Assembly: GCA_021371995.1 (NCBI GenBank)
Contig: JAJFVA010000018.1
Span: forward strand, 38,511 to 102,510
DNA length: 64,000 bases
Direction of reading: 5' to 3'
Source of the DNA: Methanoregulaceae archaeon
Lineage (GTDB): Archaea; Halobacteriota; Methanomicrobia; Methanomicrobiales; Methanospirillaceae
Positions 18,289 through 28,198 of this stretch are shown one piece after another (the stretch's first letter is position 1; every line of letters begins with the position of its first letter). The notes under the pieces are model-generated. The model made no database searches and was not told the origin of the DNA. It was given only the letters and a program-made list of their open reading frames with translations. The translations under genes and the position numbers were made by a program.

Positions 18289-19047
18289 TCATGTTCCTAC
18301 CACCAGTGGTTCCTCGAGATTATTAAGGAGCGAGAGAATCGATAGAGCGGCGAGATAACTGGTTGCGGGGTTGTCCGGACTTGGAAGATTGTTCACACGG
18401 ATGTAGATATCGCCAAAGACACCCTCGACGAATATCTCGTGAATGTTCCTGTCCACTGCCGGGTCCACGTACAGCTCCACATCCACATCCCTCCCCGATG
18501 CAAGGCTGAGCGCTACCGATACATTCACATTCCGGGGAAATTCCTTGATACATTCGTTGGCTTTTCCTTTAAAGACCAGCATTCGTTCAGATGCTGGAAT
18601 GCCAAGTGACGAGGGGCTTTTTGTCGTCCGGAGAAGGAGCCTTGATATCGGCGCAATCTGGCCGACCTTGATATTGTCAAGTCCTGCAATGGCCCCGCTC
18701 GGGACATGGATCTTCTTTTTCTGTCCCCGGGCAACAGTGATGATCTCTTCCCTGAAAAGAGGATCCGATAGTGCACCAACACTCATGACCACCAGGTGTT
18801 TGTCGTGTATAAGGATGGTTGCTGCATACATCCGGACTGCTTTTACTGAAGCTGCTTCAACGACGAGGTCAAAGGGAGCGCGGACAAATTCATCAAAATT
18901 TTCATAAGGGATACCACCTGAAATGAGCGAGAGCTCTCGCGCCCGCTCATGGACCTTATCATAGAGGGCCACGATCTTCCATGTTCCCTTGTAACCTGCA
19001 ATGATTTGACCGATATTCCCACAGCCGAGGAGCCCGATGCTCAACAT
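18289..19047 (-). CDS. nadX: L-aspartate dehydrogenase
   Basis: ORF 18289..19140 trimmed to MLSIGLLGCGNIGQII (Rossmann N terminus). Length is about 250 aa and it sits next to nadC. Confidence 0.8.
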   Translation of the reverse strand: MLSIGLLGCGNIGQIIAGYKGTWKIVALYDKVHERARELSLISGGIPYENFDEFVRAPFDLVVEAASVKAVRMYAATILIHDKHLVVMSVGALSDPLFREEIITVARGQKKKIHVPSGAIAGLDNIKVGQIAPISRLLLRTTKSPSSLGIPASERMLVFKGKANECIKEFPRNVNVSVALSLASGRDVDVELYVDPAVDRNIHEIFVEGVFGDIYIRVNNLPSPDNPATSYLAALSILSLLNNLEEPLVVGT

Positions 19048-19241
19048 CACTACAACATTGACAATACCATCGGTTAAGCATTTTGCCATGAGAGCCGTCA
19101 GGCTGGTGTATACCGGAATTTTCCTGCCATAAAAGGGCATCGGGGAGTTTAAAGCAGAATTTTTTCTCGTTCTTGCATCAATGCCCTGTTACTTCCTTTG
19201 GCCGGGCTTAATGATGGCTTGCACAAGATTACAAATGGAGC

Positions 19242-20504
19242 ATGGAGCCTTCTGCCGGATCTTGCTATGAGATAAATTCATGGGGGGGCTTAAAGGACCT
19301 CGTCAGCAGGAATGTCTGTATTCTCACCTTCGGATGTACCTATAATCATGGTGACAGCAGGAAACTGGAAAATATTCTGAAAGCACAGGGGTGCCGTATT
19401 GTCCCGACACCAGAAGAAGCCGATGCTCTCGTGCTGAACACCTGCACGGTTGTCGGCCCGACTGAACGAAAAATGATCAGGATACTGAAAAAATACCGTG
19501 CAATGGCATTGTACGTGACAGGATGTATGCCGCTTGTGCAGCAGGAGGATATTTTTACGGTCTGCAGTCCTGTCTTTATTCACCCCGATAGCATCAGAGA
19601 AGAGCATAGAAATGTAACGTGCCGTACCCGCCATGAAGTTGGTATTGTCCAGATTGGCAAAGGGTGCATTGGATCCTGTACGTATTGTATCACCCGCAAT
19701 GCACGGGGATTCCTTGTCAATCATAAGGAAGGGGAGATACTGCAGGAGATTCAAGAATGCCATTCGTACGGGGCGACTGAAATCCAGTTGTGCGCTCAGG
19801 ACTGCAGTGCCTGGAAGGGCGAAAAGGATGAAAACCTTGGTGACCTCCTTTCAAAAACACGTGAAATTCCCGGTTCGTTTCTCCTTCGTATCGGGATGAT
19901 GAACCCGGCGACCCTCCTTCCTATTCTGGATCCTGTCATTGAATCCCTGAGGGATGAGCGTATTTTCAATTTTGTCCACTTGCCGGTCCAGTCAGGTTCT
20001 GACAGGATTCTCTCAAAGATGGACCGGGGCTATACCAGTGAGGATTTCATGATGATTGCAAAAGAGTTCCGGGCAAAGATCCCTGATATCTCAATTGCAA
20101 CGGACATCATTGCAGGGTTTCCGGGCGAAGACGAGGGGGATGTCCAGACCTCCATCGATCTGCTGTCTGCCGTGATGCCTGCCAAGGTGAACATCACCCG
20201 GTATTCGCCCCGGCCGCATACCCTGGCTTCAGGAAAGGGAGACCTTACTGATTATGCCAAGAAGGTCCGGTCGCGCCGGCTCCAGCGACATGCTGAAAAG
20301 CTGTACCATCTTCAGAACCAGTCAATGCTCGGCAAAACGATAGGAGTTACAGTCACTGAGCATATCAGGCCCGGAAGCGTGCTCTGCAGGAGCAGTAATT
20401 ATACCGGTGTTGTAGTGAATAAGGATCTGGCGGTCGGTAAGAAAATTCAGGTCCGTATCATCGCAGACCGCATGTATTTTTTTTCCGGTGAACCGGTGAT
20501 CTAA
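19242..20504 (+). CDS. radical SAM methylthiotransferase of the MiaB/MtaB (CDKAL1-like) family with a C-terminal TRAM domain
   Basis: 420 aa with a UPF0004 N-domain (FGCTYNHGDS..NTCTV), a radical SAM CxxxCxxC motif (CIGSCTYC) and a TRAM-like C terminus. Confidence 0.85.
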   Translation: MEPSAGSCYEINSWGGLKDLVSRNVCILTFGCTYNHGDSRKLENILKAQGCRIVPTPEEADALVLNTCTVVGPTERKMIRILKKYRAMALYVTGCMPLVQQEDIFTVCSPVFIHPDSIREEHRNVTCRTRHEVGIVQIGKGCIGSCTYCITRNARGFLVNHKEGEILQEIQECHSYGATEIQLCAQDCSAWKGEKDENLGDLLSKTREIPGSFLLRIGMMNPATLLPILDPVIESLRDERIFNFVHLPVQSGSDRILSKMDRGYTSEDFMMIAKEFRAKIPDISIATDIIAGFPGEDEGDVQTSIDLLSAVMPAKVNITRYSPRPHTLASGKGDLTDYAKKVRSRRLQRHAEKLYHLQNQSMLGKTIGVTVTEHIRPGSVLCRSSNYTGVVVNKDLAVGKKIQVRIIADRMYFFSGEPVI

Positions 20505-20628
20505 ACCCCTGTCCTGTCTCGTCTGATGTTATCATATCGCAGGATAGGGTATAAACAAGTAATTTTCGACGGAAAGATTAAACGTGAGGCGGTCCTATTG
20601 AGTCATTCACCAGAAAGGGGAATCTTGG

Positions 20629-21174
20629 ATGGATGAGATAGAAGCAGGATTTCAGAAACTGATCAAGCGGATCGGTGAGAACGAGAAAGAGCGGGAGTCC
20701 CTGAAAGAGCAGGTAAAGAAACAGGAGGTGGCTCTCTTCGGACGCATGGTGCGCCTTTCAACACCACTTGTCAGTAAAATCGGCATTAATATGCTTCTCC
20801 GAGGAAAGCAGGACACAAAGGGGGAACTCTATGATACCGTTTTTCATAAAAAGAAGATGATCGTCCTTGGAAAAACAGATCCCGCAGAGTATCGTCCTGA
20901 TGATGCGTCTAAAAAGGTGGAGGATCAGTTCTGCGTGCTTTCAGAAGACGGGAAACTCTACGAGATGATGTTTTCTTTCGATGGGTTTATTGCAGACTCC
21001 TATGCAAATCCGATAACCCCGAATGAAGCGCTCGAGCGTTACGGGTACGACCCGATGTACATGCTGTATCATGCCCTTCACGATTATCTCAAAGGACAGG
21101 AAGAACTGGTCGCTTCGTTGAAACTGGTGCTGGAATTCGTGTTCCCCGGCCCTGTCACTCAGAAAAAGGATTAA
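20629..21174 (+). CDS. hypothetical protein with a coiled-coil N terminus
   Basis: 181-aa ORF in a visibly A/T-richer stretch. No motif was recognised. Confidence 0.45.
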   Translation: MDEIEAGFQKLIKRIGENEKERESLKEQVKKQEVALFGRMVRLSTPLVSKIGINMLLRGKQDTKGELYDTVFHKKKMIVLGKTDPAEYRPDDASKKVEDQFCVLSEDGKLYEMMFSFDGFIADSYANPITPNEALERYGYDPMYMLYHALHDYLKGQEELVASLKLVLEFVFPGPVTQKKD

Positions 21175-21638
21175 TCCTCCTCTTTTTTCCATTTGAAAAG
21201 GGGAAAAACCGGCTTTAACAATTCATCATCGCTTTTACCGGTGGCGGACAACATATATGTTTTCGAGAAGCGGCCCTTATCCTCGTTCTCAAAAGAGATC
21301 ATCACTTTTGCCTCGCTTATCATTTTTCCGAAAGCGTACAGATATTTCTCATCCTCCTTGAGAAGAGGGATATCGAACTCGATATCATAGGGGATTATTG
21401 CTACGTGGATGGCATACGCTGCGGCATTTCCAGTGTTTTTGAACTCGACAGCTTTTGCTTCATTCCTCAATGAAGCGGTGATATTCGGGTGCATCCATGA
21501 ATCCTCCATGATCCATCCGGACATCACGAGGGCTATAAATATGATGAATGCGATTCCCCCGATATAAATATTGATAATCAGGAGGATTACACTTACGATA
21601 AGGGCAATACCGAGGAGAATTTTATAGTTGCGTTCCAT
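21171..21638 (-). CDS. hypothetical membrane protein (2 TM plus a soluble domain)
   Basis: ORF 21171..21704 trimmed to MERNYKILLGIALIV, because the longer form overlaps tRNA-Ile. Its 3' end overlaps the convergent gene by 4 nt. Confidence 0.45.
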   Translation of the reverse strand: MERNYKILLGIALIVSVILLIINIYIGGIAFIIFIALVMSGWIMEDSWMHPNITASLRNEAKAVEFKNTGNAAAYAIHVAIIPYDIEFDIPLLKEDEKYLYAFGKMISEAKVMISFENEDKGRFSKTYMLSATGKSDDELLKPVFPLFKWKKEED

Positions 21639-21681
21639 GTATGAAAGTGTTGTCTCTTGAGGGTAATTAAGAAAATGGGAA

Positions 21682-21755
21682 TGGGCCCGATGTGATTCGA
21701 ACACATGACCTCCCGGTTATCAGCCGGGCGCACCACCGGGCTATGCTACGGGCCC
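21682..21755 (-). tRNA. tRNA-Ile (GAT)
   Basis: The reverse complement folds with acceptor GGGCCCG/CGGGCCC, anticodon arm CCCGG-CTGATAA-CCGGG and T loop GTTCGAATC. Confidence 0.9.
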
Positions 21756-21871
21756 ATAAATTGCCTAAATAGTTAAACAACACGACTTCTTATAAGTTTT
21801 GAAACAAAAGCCGAATTCCTATATAAGGGTGTGAACCAGAGTATTTCAAAGAGAGAACTCCCTGGTGGACT

Positions 21872-23641
21872 ATGGACCAACGCTATCTTCTCGGAAATGA
21901 GGCGATTGCCCTTGCATGCCTCGAATCTCCGGTCGGGTTTGTCAGCGGGTATCCCGGAACTCCTTCTTCGGAAGTGATCGAGATACTCGCATCGCATCCC
22001 GATCGAAGCTCATATGTGGAATGGTCGGTGAATGAGAAGGTCGCCCTCGAAAATGCTCTCGCAGCGGCGTGGTGCGGAGTGCGGGCGCTCGTTACGATGA
22101 AGCATGTAGGCCTGAATGTCGCCGCAGACCCCCTGATGACAAGCGCATATACCGGGGTTACGGGAGGACTTGTCATCATGAGCGCTGATGATCCCTTCGC
22201 CCACTCGTCCCAGAACGAGCAGGACAGCCGAATGTTTGCAAAATTTGCGAGGATCCCCTGTCTCGATCCCTCGACCCTGCAGGAAGCACACGACATGGTC
22301 AGGGATGCCTTTGCCCTTTCGGAAGAGTTCGGACTTCCGGTCATGTTCCGCCCCACGACAAGGATTTGCCATTCGAAGGGAAATGTTACCCTCGGCCCGG
22401 TTCTGGCCTTTACAGGAAAAGGGGAGTTTCACAAGGATCCGCGACAGTACGTAGTAATTCCTGCGCATACGAGGATCCTTCACAGGAAACTCAACCAGAA
22501 ACAACCGGTGGTGAAAAAGCGGCTTTCCGAACTCGTGTATAACCAGTGCCAGGTAAGAGGGAAGACTGCAGTCATTGCGAGCGGAATCGCTGCATCCTAT
22601 GTTGAGGAAATTATCCCACACGATGTTTCGTTCATGAAGATAGGGGCATACCCGATTGATGAGGAATGGCTCGCAGGGTTCGTCCGGATGCATGAGAAGG
22701 TTCTCGTCGTAGAAGAACTTTTCCCGATGGTCGAAGAGGCTGTACGGGAGGTGGCAGGCACTGTTGCAGTATATGGTAAGAAAACCGGCCATGCCCCGTA
22801 TGAGGGGGAACTCTCCCCTGATTCCGTTGCACGGATCATGGCATCCTGTGGGTTTTCCACTGGCATTCAATACCCCTCGGTGCAGCCGGTTCCGGACCTC
22901 CCCCCCCGGCCACCTATTCTCTGTGCCGGATGCATGCACCGGCCTGTGTTTTACGCGATAAAGAAGGTTTTCAAGGATGGAATCTACCCGAGTGATATCG
23001 GGTGCTACACACTCGGCCTCCAGCTGGGTGCAGTCGATACCACTATCTGCATGGGCGCCTCCATCACGGTAGGGAGCGGCATCTTTCACGCCGGTGAAGA
23101 GAGGGACGTGGTGGCCACTATCGGCGATTCGACTTTTCTTCACACCGGTATCCCCGGGCTCATGAATGCAGTATATAACGGGGCAAGAATGACTGTCGTG
23201 ATTCTCGACAACCGGACGACAGCAATGACAGGGCACCAGCCAAACCCGAATACAGGATGCACGGTATGCGGGTCGCCCTCCCCCCCAATCTCTCTCGAAG
23301 CATTGTGCCGGGCATGCGGGGTTGGATTTGTGGAGACTGTCGACCCGTATGATATGGTGACCCTCACAGCAGCCCTGAAGGATGCGAAAGCGCGGCCGGG
23401 GGTAAATGTGGTGATTGCAAAACAGCCGTGCGTCATCATCGCACGGAGAGCTGGTATTAAGAGGGGCCGGTACCGCGTGGATCCGGACACCTGTACAGGG
23501 TGCGGGATCTGTATAAAATTCGGTTGCCCTGCAATCGAGCAGCATGATGAGAAAGCATCGATCAATGACCTGTGCAGCGGTTGCGCTGTCTGTGCACAAT
23601 TATGCCCGTCCGGGTCAATCGGTAAGGAGGGTGTCAGATGA
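21872..23641 (+). CDS. iorA: indolepyruvate:ferredoxin oxidoreductase alpha subunit
   Basis: 589 aa. The N terminus reads LLGNEAIALACLE..GYPGTPSSE. A TPP-binding region is present, and the C terminus has two 4Fe-4S motifs (CTGCGICIKFGCP and CSGCAVCAQLCP). Confidence 0.9.
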   Translation: MDQRYLLGNEAIALACLESPVGFVSGYPGTPSSEVIEILASHPDRSSYVEWSVNEKVALENALAAAWCGVRALVTMKHVGLNVAADPLMTSAYTGVTGGLVIMSADDPFAHSSQNEQDSRMFAKFARIPCLDPSTLQEAHDMVRDAFALSEEFGLPVMFRPTTRICHSKGNVTLGPVLAFTGKGEFHKDPRQYVVIPAHTRILHRKLNQKQPVVKKRLSELVYNQCQVRGKTAVIASGIAASYVEEIIPHDVSFMKIGAYPIDEEWLAGFVRMHEKVLVVEELFPMVEEAVREVAGTVAVYGKKTGHAPYEGELSPDSVARIMASCGFSTGIQYPSVQPVPDLPPRPPILCAGCMHRPVFYAIKKVFKDGIYPSDIGCYTLGLQLGAVDTTICMGASITVGSGIFHAGEERDVVATIGDSTFLHTGIPGLMNAVYNGARMTVVILDNRTTAMTGHQPNPNTGCTVCGSPSPPISLEALCRACGVGFVETVDPYDMVTLTAALKDAKARPGVNVVIAKQPCVIIARRAGIKRGRYRVDPDTCTGCGICIKFGCPAIEQHDEKASINDLCSGCAVCAQLCPSGSIGKEGVR

Positions 23642-24222
23642 AGGGCTCGTATGACATTATGATCGTCGGTATAGGGGGGCAGGGAACGATCCTTGCTTCA
23701 AATATCCTTGGCGAAGCCTGCCTGATCGAGGGCAGGTCGGTGCGTGGAGCAGAGACCCATGGCATGGCGCAGCGTGGAGGCTCCGTGGAAAGCCATGTCA
23801 GGATCGACGGGAAATTCGGCCCCCTGGTTGCACCTGGTACCGCTGACCTGCTGATAGGATTTGACATGCTTGAAGGGCTCCGGTACTCCCACTTCCTGAA
23901 ACCGGAGGGGAGGATGGTGGTCTCAAGGGGGATGGTAATACCGACCTCGGTGTTTGTTCAGGGACTGGCGATACCTTCGGAAGAAGATATAATCGGGAAG
24001 CTTTCTTGGATCGATCTCTGTCTTATCGATGCTGAAGGAGTTGCCCGGGAGGCAGGGAGTGTTCTTGCAGCCAATGTCGTGATGCTTGGTGCAGCCTCCC
24101 ACCATATCCCTCTGGCAGAAGAATCCCTGGTGTGTGCGGTACAGCGTCTCGTTCCACAAAAAACGATCGAGATCAATACCCGGGCGTTTGCCATGGGGAG
24201 AAAAGCGGGAGAGAATTGCTGA
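23638..24222 (+). CDS. iorB: indolepyruvate:ferredoxin oxidoreductase beta subunit
   Basis: 194 aa with IVGIGGQGTILASNILG. It overlaps iorA by 4 nt. Confidence 0.9.
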   Translation: MKGSYDIMIVGIGGQGTILASNILGEACLIEGRSVRGAETHGMAQRGGSVESHVRIDGKFGPLVAPGTADLLIGFDMLEGLRYSHFLKPEGRMVVSRGMVIPTSVFVQGLAIPSEEDIIGKLSWIDLCLIDAEGVAREAGSVLAANVVMLGAASHHIPLAEESLVCAVQRLVPQKTIEINTRAFAMGRKAGENC

Positions 24223-24242
24223 ACAGGCGGCGGGAGCGTGAG

Positions 24243-24989
24243 GTGGTGAAACCCGGCCTTGGTCCGTTTGAGAAAGACAGGGTATATCATGGAGATGCAC
24301 TCCGGCTTATGCCCCTCATCCCCCCATGCAGCATCGATCTGGTCGTAACCGATCCCCCGTTTGCTATTGACTTCCGGGCGCAGAGGCTGAACTACAACCG
24401 GGTAGGAGGGAATGTCCTTGAGGGGTATGCGGATATCTCCCCTGATGATTACGAGAATTTCACCTGCTGCTGGCTCAAAGAGGCCTACCGGGTCCTCTCC
24501 GGCTCAGGCAGCCTCTATGTCTTTTCCGGATGGAACCGGCTCAAAGATGTGCTGTTCGGTCTTGACTCCGCAGGGTTTCATACCATCAACCACATCATCT
24601 GGAAATATCAGTTCGGGGTATTTACACGGAAAAAATACGTCACCAGCCATTATCACATCCTATTTGCCGTAAAAAATCCCCGCAACTACACATTTAATAA
24701 AGTAGAGCACTATCCGGAGGATGTCTGGGTGATCAACCGCGAGTACTGGAAGGGGAAGAAAAAGACCCCAACAAAGCTTCCGGGCGAACTCGTAAAAAAG
24801 ATACTCAGTTACTCGAGCAATCCCGGAGATATGGTCCTTGACCCCTTTCTTGGATCCGGTACAGTTGCAGTGGTCAGCAGGGAGATGGAACGGCATTTTC
24901 TTGGTTTTGAGCTGGTGGAAGACTACTACCGGTTTGCCTCAGAGCGCATCGCACCCGGACAAGAAACAACAAATAACGGGAAGAAATAG
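24243..24989 (+). CDS. DNA methyltransferase, beta class (N6-adenine or N4-cytosine), no cognate nuclease nearby
   Basis: ORF 24132..24989. Motif IV (VVTDPPF) precedes motif I (VLDPFLGSGTVAV), which is the beta-class order. The first 90 nt of the listed ORF overlap iorB, so a GTG start at 24243 or 24246 is more likely. The exact start is uncertain. Confidence 0.8.
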   Translation: MVKPGLGPFEKDRVYHGDALRLMPLIPPCSIDLVVTDPPFAIDFRAQRLNYNRVGGNVLEGYADISPDDYENFTCCWLKEAYRVLSGSGSLYVFSGWNRLKDVLFGLDSAGFHTINHIIWKYQFGVFTRKKYVTSHYHILFAVKNPRNYTFNKVEHYPEDVWVINREYWKGKKKTPTKLPGELVKKILSYSSNPGDMVLDPFLGSGTVAVVSREMERHFLGFELVEDYYRFASERIAPGQETTNNGKK

Positions 24990-25028
24990 ATTTTGTAAAC
25001 CCGGGAACAATGGTGACTGCACCTTTAA

Positions 25029-25115
25029 CGCTGAGGGGGAGATTTGAACTCCCGAGGGGCTGGACGCCCCACAGGCTTTCCAGGCCTGCGCCTTACCGGT
25101 CTAGACTACCTCAGC
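25029..25115 (-). tRNA. tRNA-Ser (GGA)
   Basis: 87 nt with acceptor GCTGAGG/CCTCAGC, anticodon arm CAGGC-CTGGAAA-GCCTG, a long variable arm and T loop GTTCAAATC. Confidence 0.9.
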
Positions 25116-25185
25116 ACAGAAATGCACCCTTACTATTGTCAGGTATTTTTTTTAATGCTATCTCATGGAAGGCCGGGAGAGCAGG

Positions 25186-26100
25186 TTATCGACCAGCTTT
25201 TTTCCAGCCCCTGTCATACGTACCAGGTTCCATGAATACCGTTGAGGGTGAGACAATAAGACCATTCTTGAGGTTAAGGGCTTCTTTTGAAGAGACGAGT
25301 GTCCGGCCCAGCGCCACCAGTTCCCCATGGGAAGTGGTGAGTACGACCGTCACCCCTTTGCCAAATTCATCATAGCTGCTCATCCCCGGCCGGGCAAGTA
25401 CTGCCCCGTGGCAGATGGCATCAACCGCAGTATCCCTGATGGCAACCTTTGGCAGGGATGCAAGGGCCTTTTCGGGAGACTGGATGAGTGACTTGAGTAT
25501 ATCCGAATTCCCAAGACGGGCTTCAGATGCTGCATCCGCGAGGTCCTGAAGCGTGCAGGCCTGGTTCTCATCAAACTGCCCTGAACGGGTCCTCCTAAGT
25601 TCCACCATATGTGCCCCGGTGCCGAGGGCGAGCCCGATATGGTGGCAGAGAGAGCGGATGTATGTCCCGGCATCGCACCTGATCCTGATCAGCAGCAACC
25701 GGTCATCAGAATCGAGAAGATCAATCTCATGGATCATACGGATTCGAAGGTTCCTTGCTACCGCGCTTTTACGGGGAGGCCGCTGGTAGATCCGCCCGGT
25801 AAATTCTACAAATGCCTCGTCCACCCTGCTCTTATCCGGATCACCATGAAGACGGATGAGACAGAGGTATTCCTTCTCTTCGGAAAGAAGAATCGGTGCA
25901 AGCCGTACGGCCTTCCCGATCATCACTGTCAGCACTCCTGAAACCCCCGGGTCAAGAGTGCCGGCATGGCCAACCCGGGCACCGAGAATCTCACCAGCCC
26001 ACGCGGTTACCTGGTGGCTTGAGGGGCCGCGGGGCTTGTCGATCACAAGCAGGCCGTCACGGACAGGAAGAAGTCGTGGAGCGCCATCCTTGCCGGGCAT
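25186..26100 (-). CDS. truB: H/ACA RNP pseudouridine synthase Cbf5 (TruB family with PUA domain)
   Basis: 304 aa with LLVIDKPRGPSSHQV and the catalytic motif GHAGTLDPGVSGVL. The C-terminal region is PUA-like. Confidence 0.9.
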   Translation of the reverse strand: MPGKDGAPRLLPVRDGLLVIDKPRGPSSHQVTAWAGEILGARVGHAGTLDPGVSGVLTVMIGKAVRLAPILLSEEKEYLCLIRLHGDPDKSRVDEAFVEFTGRIYQRPPRKSAVARNLRIRMIHEIDLLDSDDRLLLIRIRCDAGTYIRSLCHHIGLALGTGAHMVELRRTRSGQFDENQACTLQDLADAASEARLGNSDILKSLIQSPEKALASLPKVAIRDTAVDAICHGAVLARPGMSSYDEFGKGVTVVLTTSHGELVALGRTLVSSKEALNLKNGLIVSPSTVFMEPGTYDRGWKKAGR

Positions 26101-26106
26101 TGGCGG

Positions 26107-26805
26107 TCAGTCCCCTGCCAGCTGTTTTCTGGCGGAAAGGTAGGCATTCAGTGCCTGAAGGGTCCCTTCCAGGGACCCGTCGCCGGTTACATCAGGTATC
26201 ACTCCGCTGTTCCGCATCGTTGCTCCGGTTGATTCACCAATGGCGATTTTCAGGACGGGGGCATCTTTCCGGTAGACTGCAGTTGAAAAAGACATGGCAC
26301 TGGTGAAAAGAATAGCTTCCGCACCACTCAAATCCAGGACATCGCGCGTCGGGATCAGGTTATATATCCTGACCTCAACCGGTATTCCTCCGGCATTCGA
26401 AATCCCCTCGATAAGGAGGGGATTTGGGACATCGGCACGGGGAATTCCGATTCTTTTTCCCTGAATCCATGAGCCGAGATAGGGAACAAAGTCACGGGAA
26501 TAGAAACTTGGAAGGGTCTCGGCAGCAATGCCGAAGTGCCCGAGTGTCATTGCGGTACGCGGCCCGATTGCGATGACCCTCGGCCAGCGCGAAATGCGGG
26601 GGGCAATAATCTTTGCAGGGAGAGCACTTGTAAAAAAGAGGCAGTCAAATTCGTTTGCCTCAACCGCTTTTGCAAACGAAGCGACCCGTTCCTCCCTGAT
26701 CTCCGCCCTGAGTGGTGATACCGGGTAACATTCATGACCGTACTTCGCACAACGTGCCGCATCATCCTTCTCCTTTCCTATCAGCCGCGTTACTGCTATC
26801 CTCAT
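26107..26805 (-). CDS. hemD: uroporphyrinogen-III synthase
   Basis: 232 aa: MRIAVTR.....YG.E....P..........FDCLFFTSA, a HemD-like two-lobe pattern. Confidence 0.8.
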   Translation of the reverse strand: MRIAVTRLIGKEKDDAARCAKYGHECYPVSPLRAEIREERVASFAKAVEANEFDCLFFTSALPAKIIAPRISRWPRVIAIGPRTAMTLGHFGIAAETLPSFYSRDFVPYLGSWIQGKRIGIPRADVPNPLLIEGISNAGGIPVEVRIYNLIPTRDVLDLSGAEAILFTSAMSFSTAVYRKDAPVLKIAIGESTGATMRNSGVIPDVTGDGSLEGTLQALNAYLSARKQLAGD

Positions 26806-26878
26806 CAGAGTCCTGTCCGTTTGTATCAGTAACTGTGTTGCGATGTATTTATCTTGATTCCCCCTAACCTAGGCGGGA

Positions 26879-28090
26879 ATGATCGGGTTCCTGGCAGGGG
26901 TTGCGGCCGGAGTATTGCTTGGTACGGTCAGTGGCCTTCTCCCTGGTGTCCATGTGAACACGATGGCCGGAGGGCTGCTCTCCCTTCAGATCGTCCTCAT
27001 ACCGGTTTTCGGGCCGGAGATGCTTGCTGCAGCTATGGTTGCTGCCCTGATCACCCATACCTTTCTTGACATCATCCCGAGCACTTTTCTTGGCATTCCG
27101 GATGCTGACACTGCCCTCTCTGTAATCCCTGCCCATGCACTCTGCCTCGAAGGCAAAGGAGAAGAAGCTGTCCGGATTGCTGCGCTGGGAAGTGCTGCAG
27201 GATTTCTCGCGGCCATCCCGGTAGCGCTCGTCCTGTTCTCACTCGCACCGGCGATCCAGGGACACCTTGACTGGGCAGTTGCGATCATTCTTACCGGGGT
27301 AGCGGGATATCTAATCCTATTTTCCGAATCTCCCTTCTATGCGGGCCTTGTTTTCCTTGCATCCGGGATGCTTGGCCTGTTTACCTTCCATTTCTCATTT
27401 CTTGGCGGAGGTACTTTCGGGTTCGCAGGGCTTCTCATGCCACTTCTCTCGGGTTTGTTCGGTATATCCCTCCTTCTCGTATCAGGGAAGGGTCCGGTTC
27501 CTGAACAACACTTTGACGGTATTAATCTCTCCCGCCACACAATCATGAAAGGAAGTATTTCAGGCACTATTGCCGGGGTAGTAGTGGGATGGCTGCCCGG
27601 CCTCTCGAATGCTACGGCAAACGCAGTCGTCGCTTCGGTCGCTGATTATGAAAAAGACCGACGGGGGTATCTGTTTGCCACGAGTGCAGCGAACACGGTG
27701 AATGCTGTTGCGGGCCTCGCGGCATTCTACGCCATCGCACGGACACGAAACGGGGTTATGGTTGCGCTTTCTGCAATCGACCCTCCCCCTCTTATCGTGC
27801 TTTTCGCTGCCGCCGCATGTGCAGCGGTTTGCGCCTATCTTCTCACTATACTGCTGGCTTCGGTTGCATGGAGGTTTAGCGGGGTTAACAGGAACGGACT
27901 CGCCCTTGGTGTTATTGTTTTTATCACTCTGCTCAGTTTCCTGTTCTGCGGAATATTCGGGCTCTTCATCCTTTTTATTGCCACCCTGCTTGGCCTCGTT
28001 CCGAAATTTTTGAATATCCCCCAGGTGTTCTGCATGGGTGCTGTCACGCTTCCGGTAATCATGTTCTCGCTCGGGGTTTCGGGCTTCTGA
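26879..28090 (+). CDS. polytopic membrane protein, TctA-family/DUF112-like (COG1784)
   Basis: 403 aa with at least 10 hydrophobic segments. LLPGVH and WLPGLS motifs recur in the two halves. Confidence 0.65.
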   Translation: MIGFLAGVAAGVLLGTVSGLLPGVHVNTMAGGLLSLQIVLIPVFGPEMLAAAMVAALITHTFLDIIPSTFLGIPDADTALSVIPAHALCLEGKGEEAVRIAALGSAAGFLAAIPVALVLFSLAPAIQGHLDWAVAIILTGVAGYLILFSESPFYAGLVFLASGMLGLFTFHFSFLGGGTFGFAGLLMPLLSGLFGISLLLVSGKGPVPEQHFDGINLSRHTIMKGSISGTIAGVVVGWLPGLSNATANAVVASVADYEKDRRGYLFATSAANTVNAVAGLAAFYAIARTRNGVMVALSAIDPPPLIVLFAAAACAAVCAYLLTILLASVAWRFSGVNRNGLALGVIVFITLLSFLFCGIFGLFILFIATLLGLVPKFLNIPQVFCMGAVTLPVIMFSLGVSGF

Positions 28091-28198
28091 CTGCAAACTT
28101 AGAACGGTGCCCGGATACCCGGTACGGTATTTCTGCTCTCTCTTGCAAAATCCTTCCCTGCCAATGACACTAATTATGGATTATGTCCATTACTCTTT

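Noticed and set aside
21639-21704. The longer start of the membrane-protein ORF 21171..21704.
   Set aside because: It would overlap tRNA-Ile(GAT) at 21682-21755. The internal Met directly precedes the first TM helix.
22010-23599. A 529-aa stop-free ORF on the minus strand, antisense to iorA.
   Set aside because: It lies entirely inside the well-supported iorA frame. Its translation is low-complexity (Arg/Pro/Cys/His-rich) with no motifs. Long antisense ORFs are a common by-product of codon bias in GC-leaning genes.
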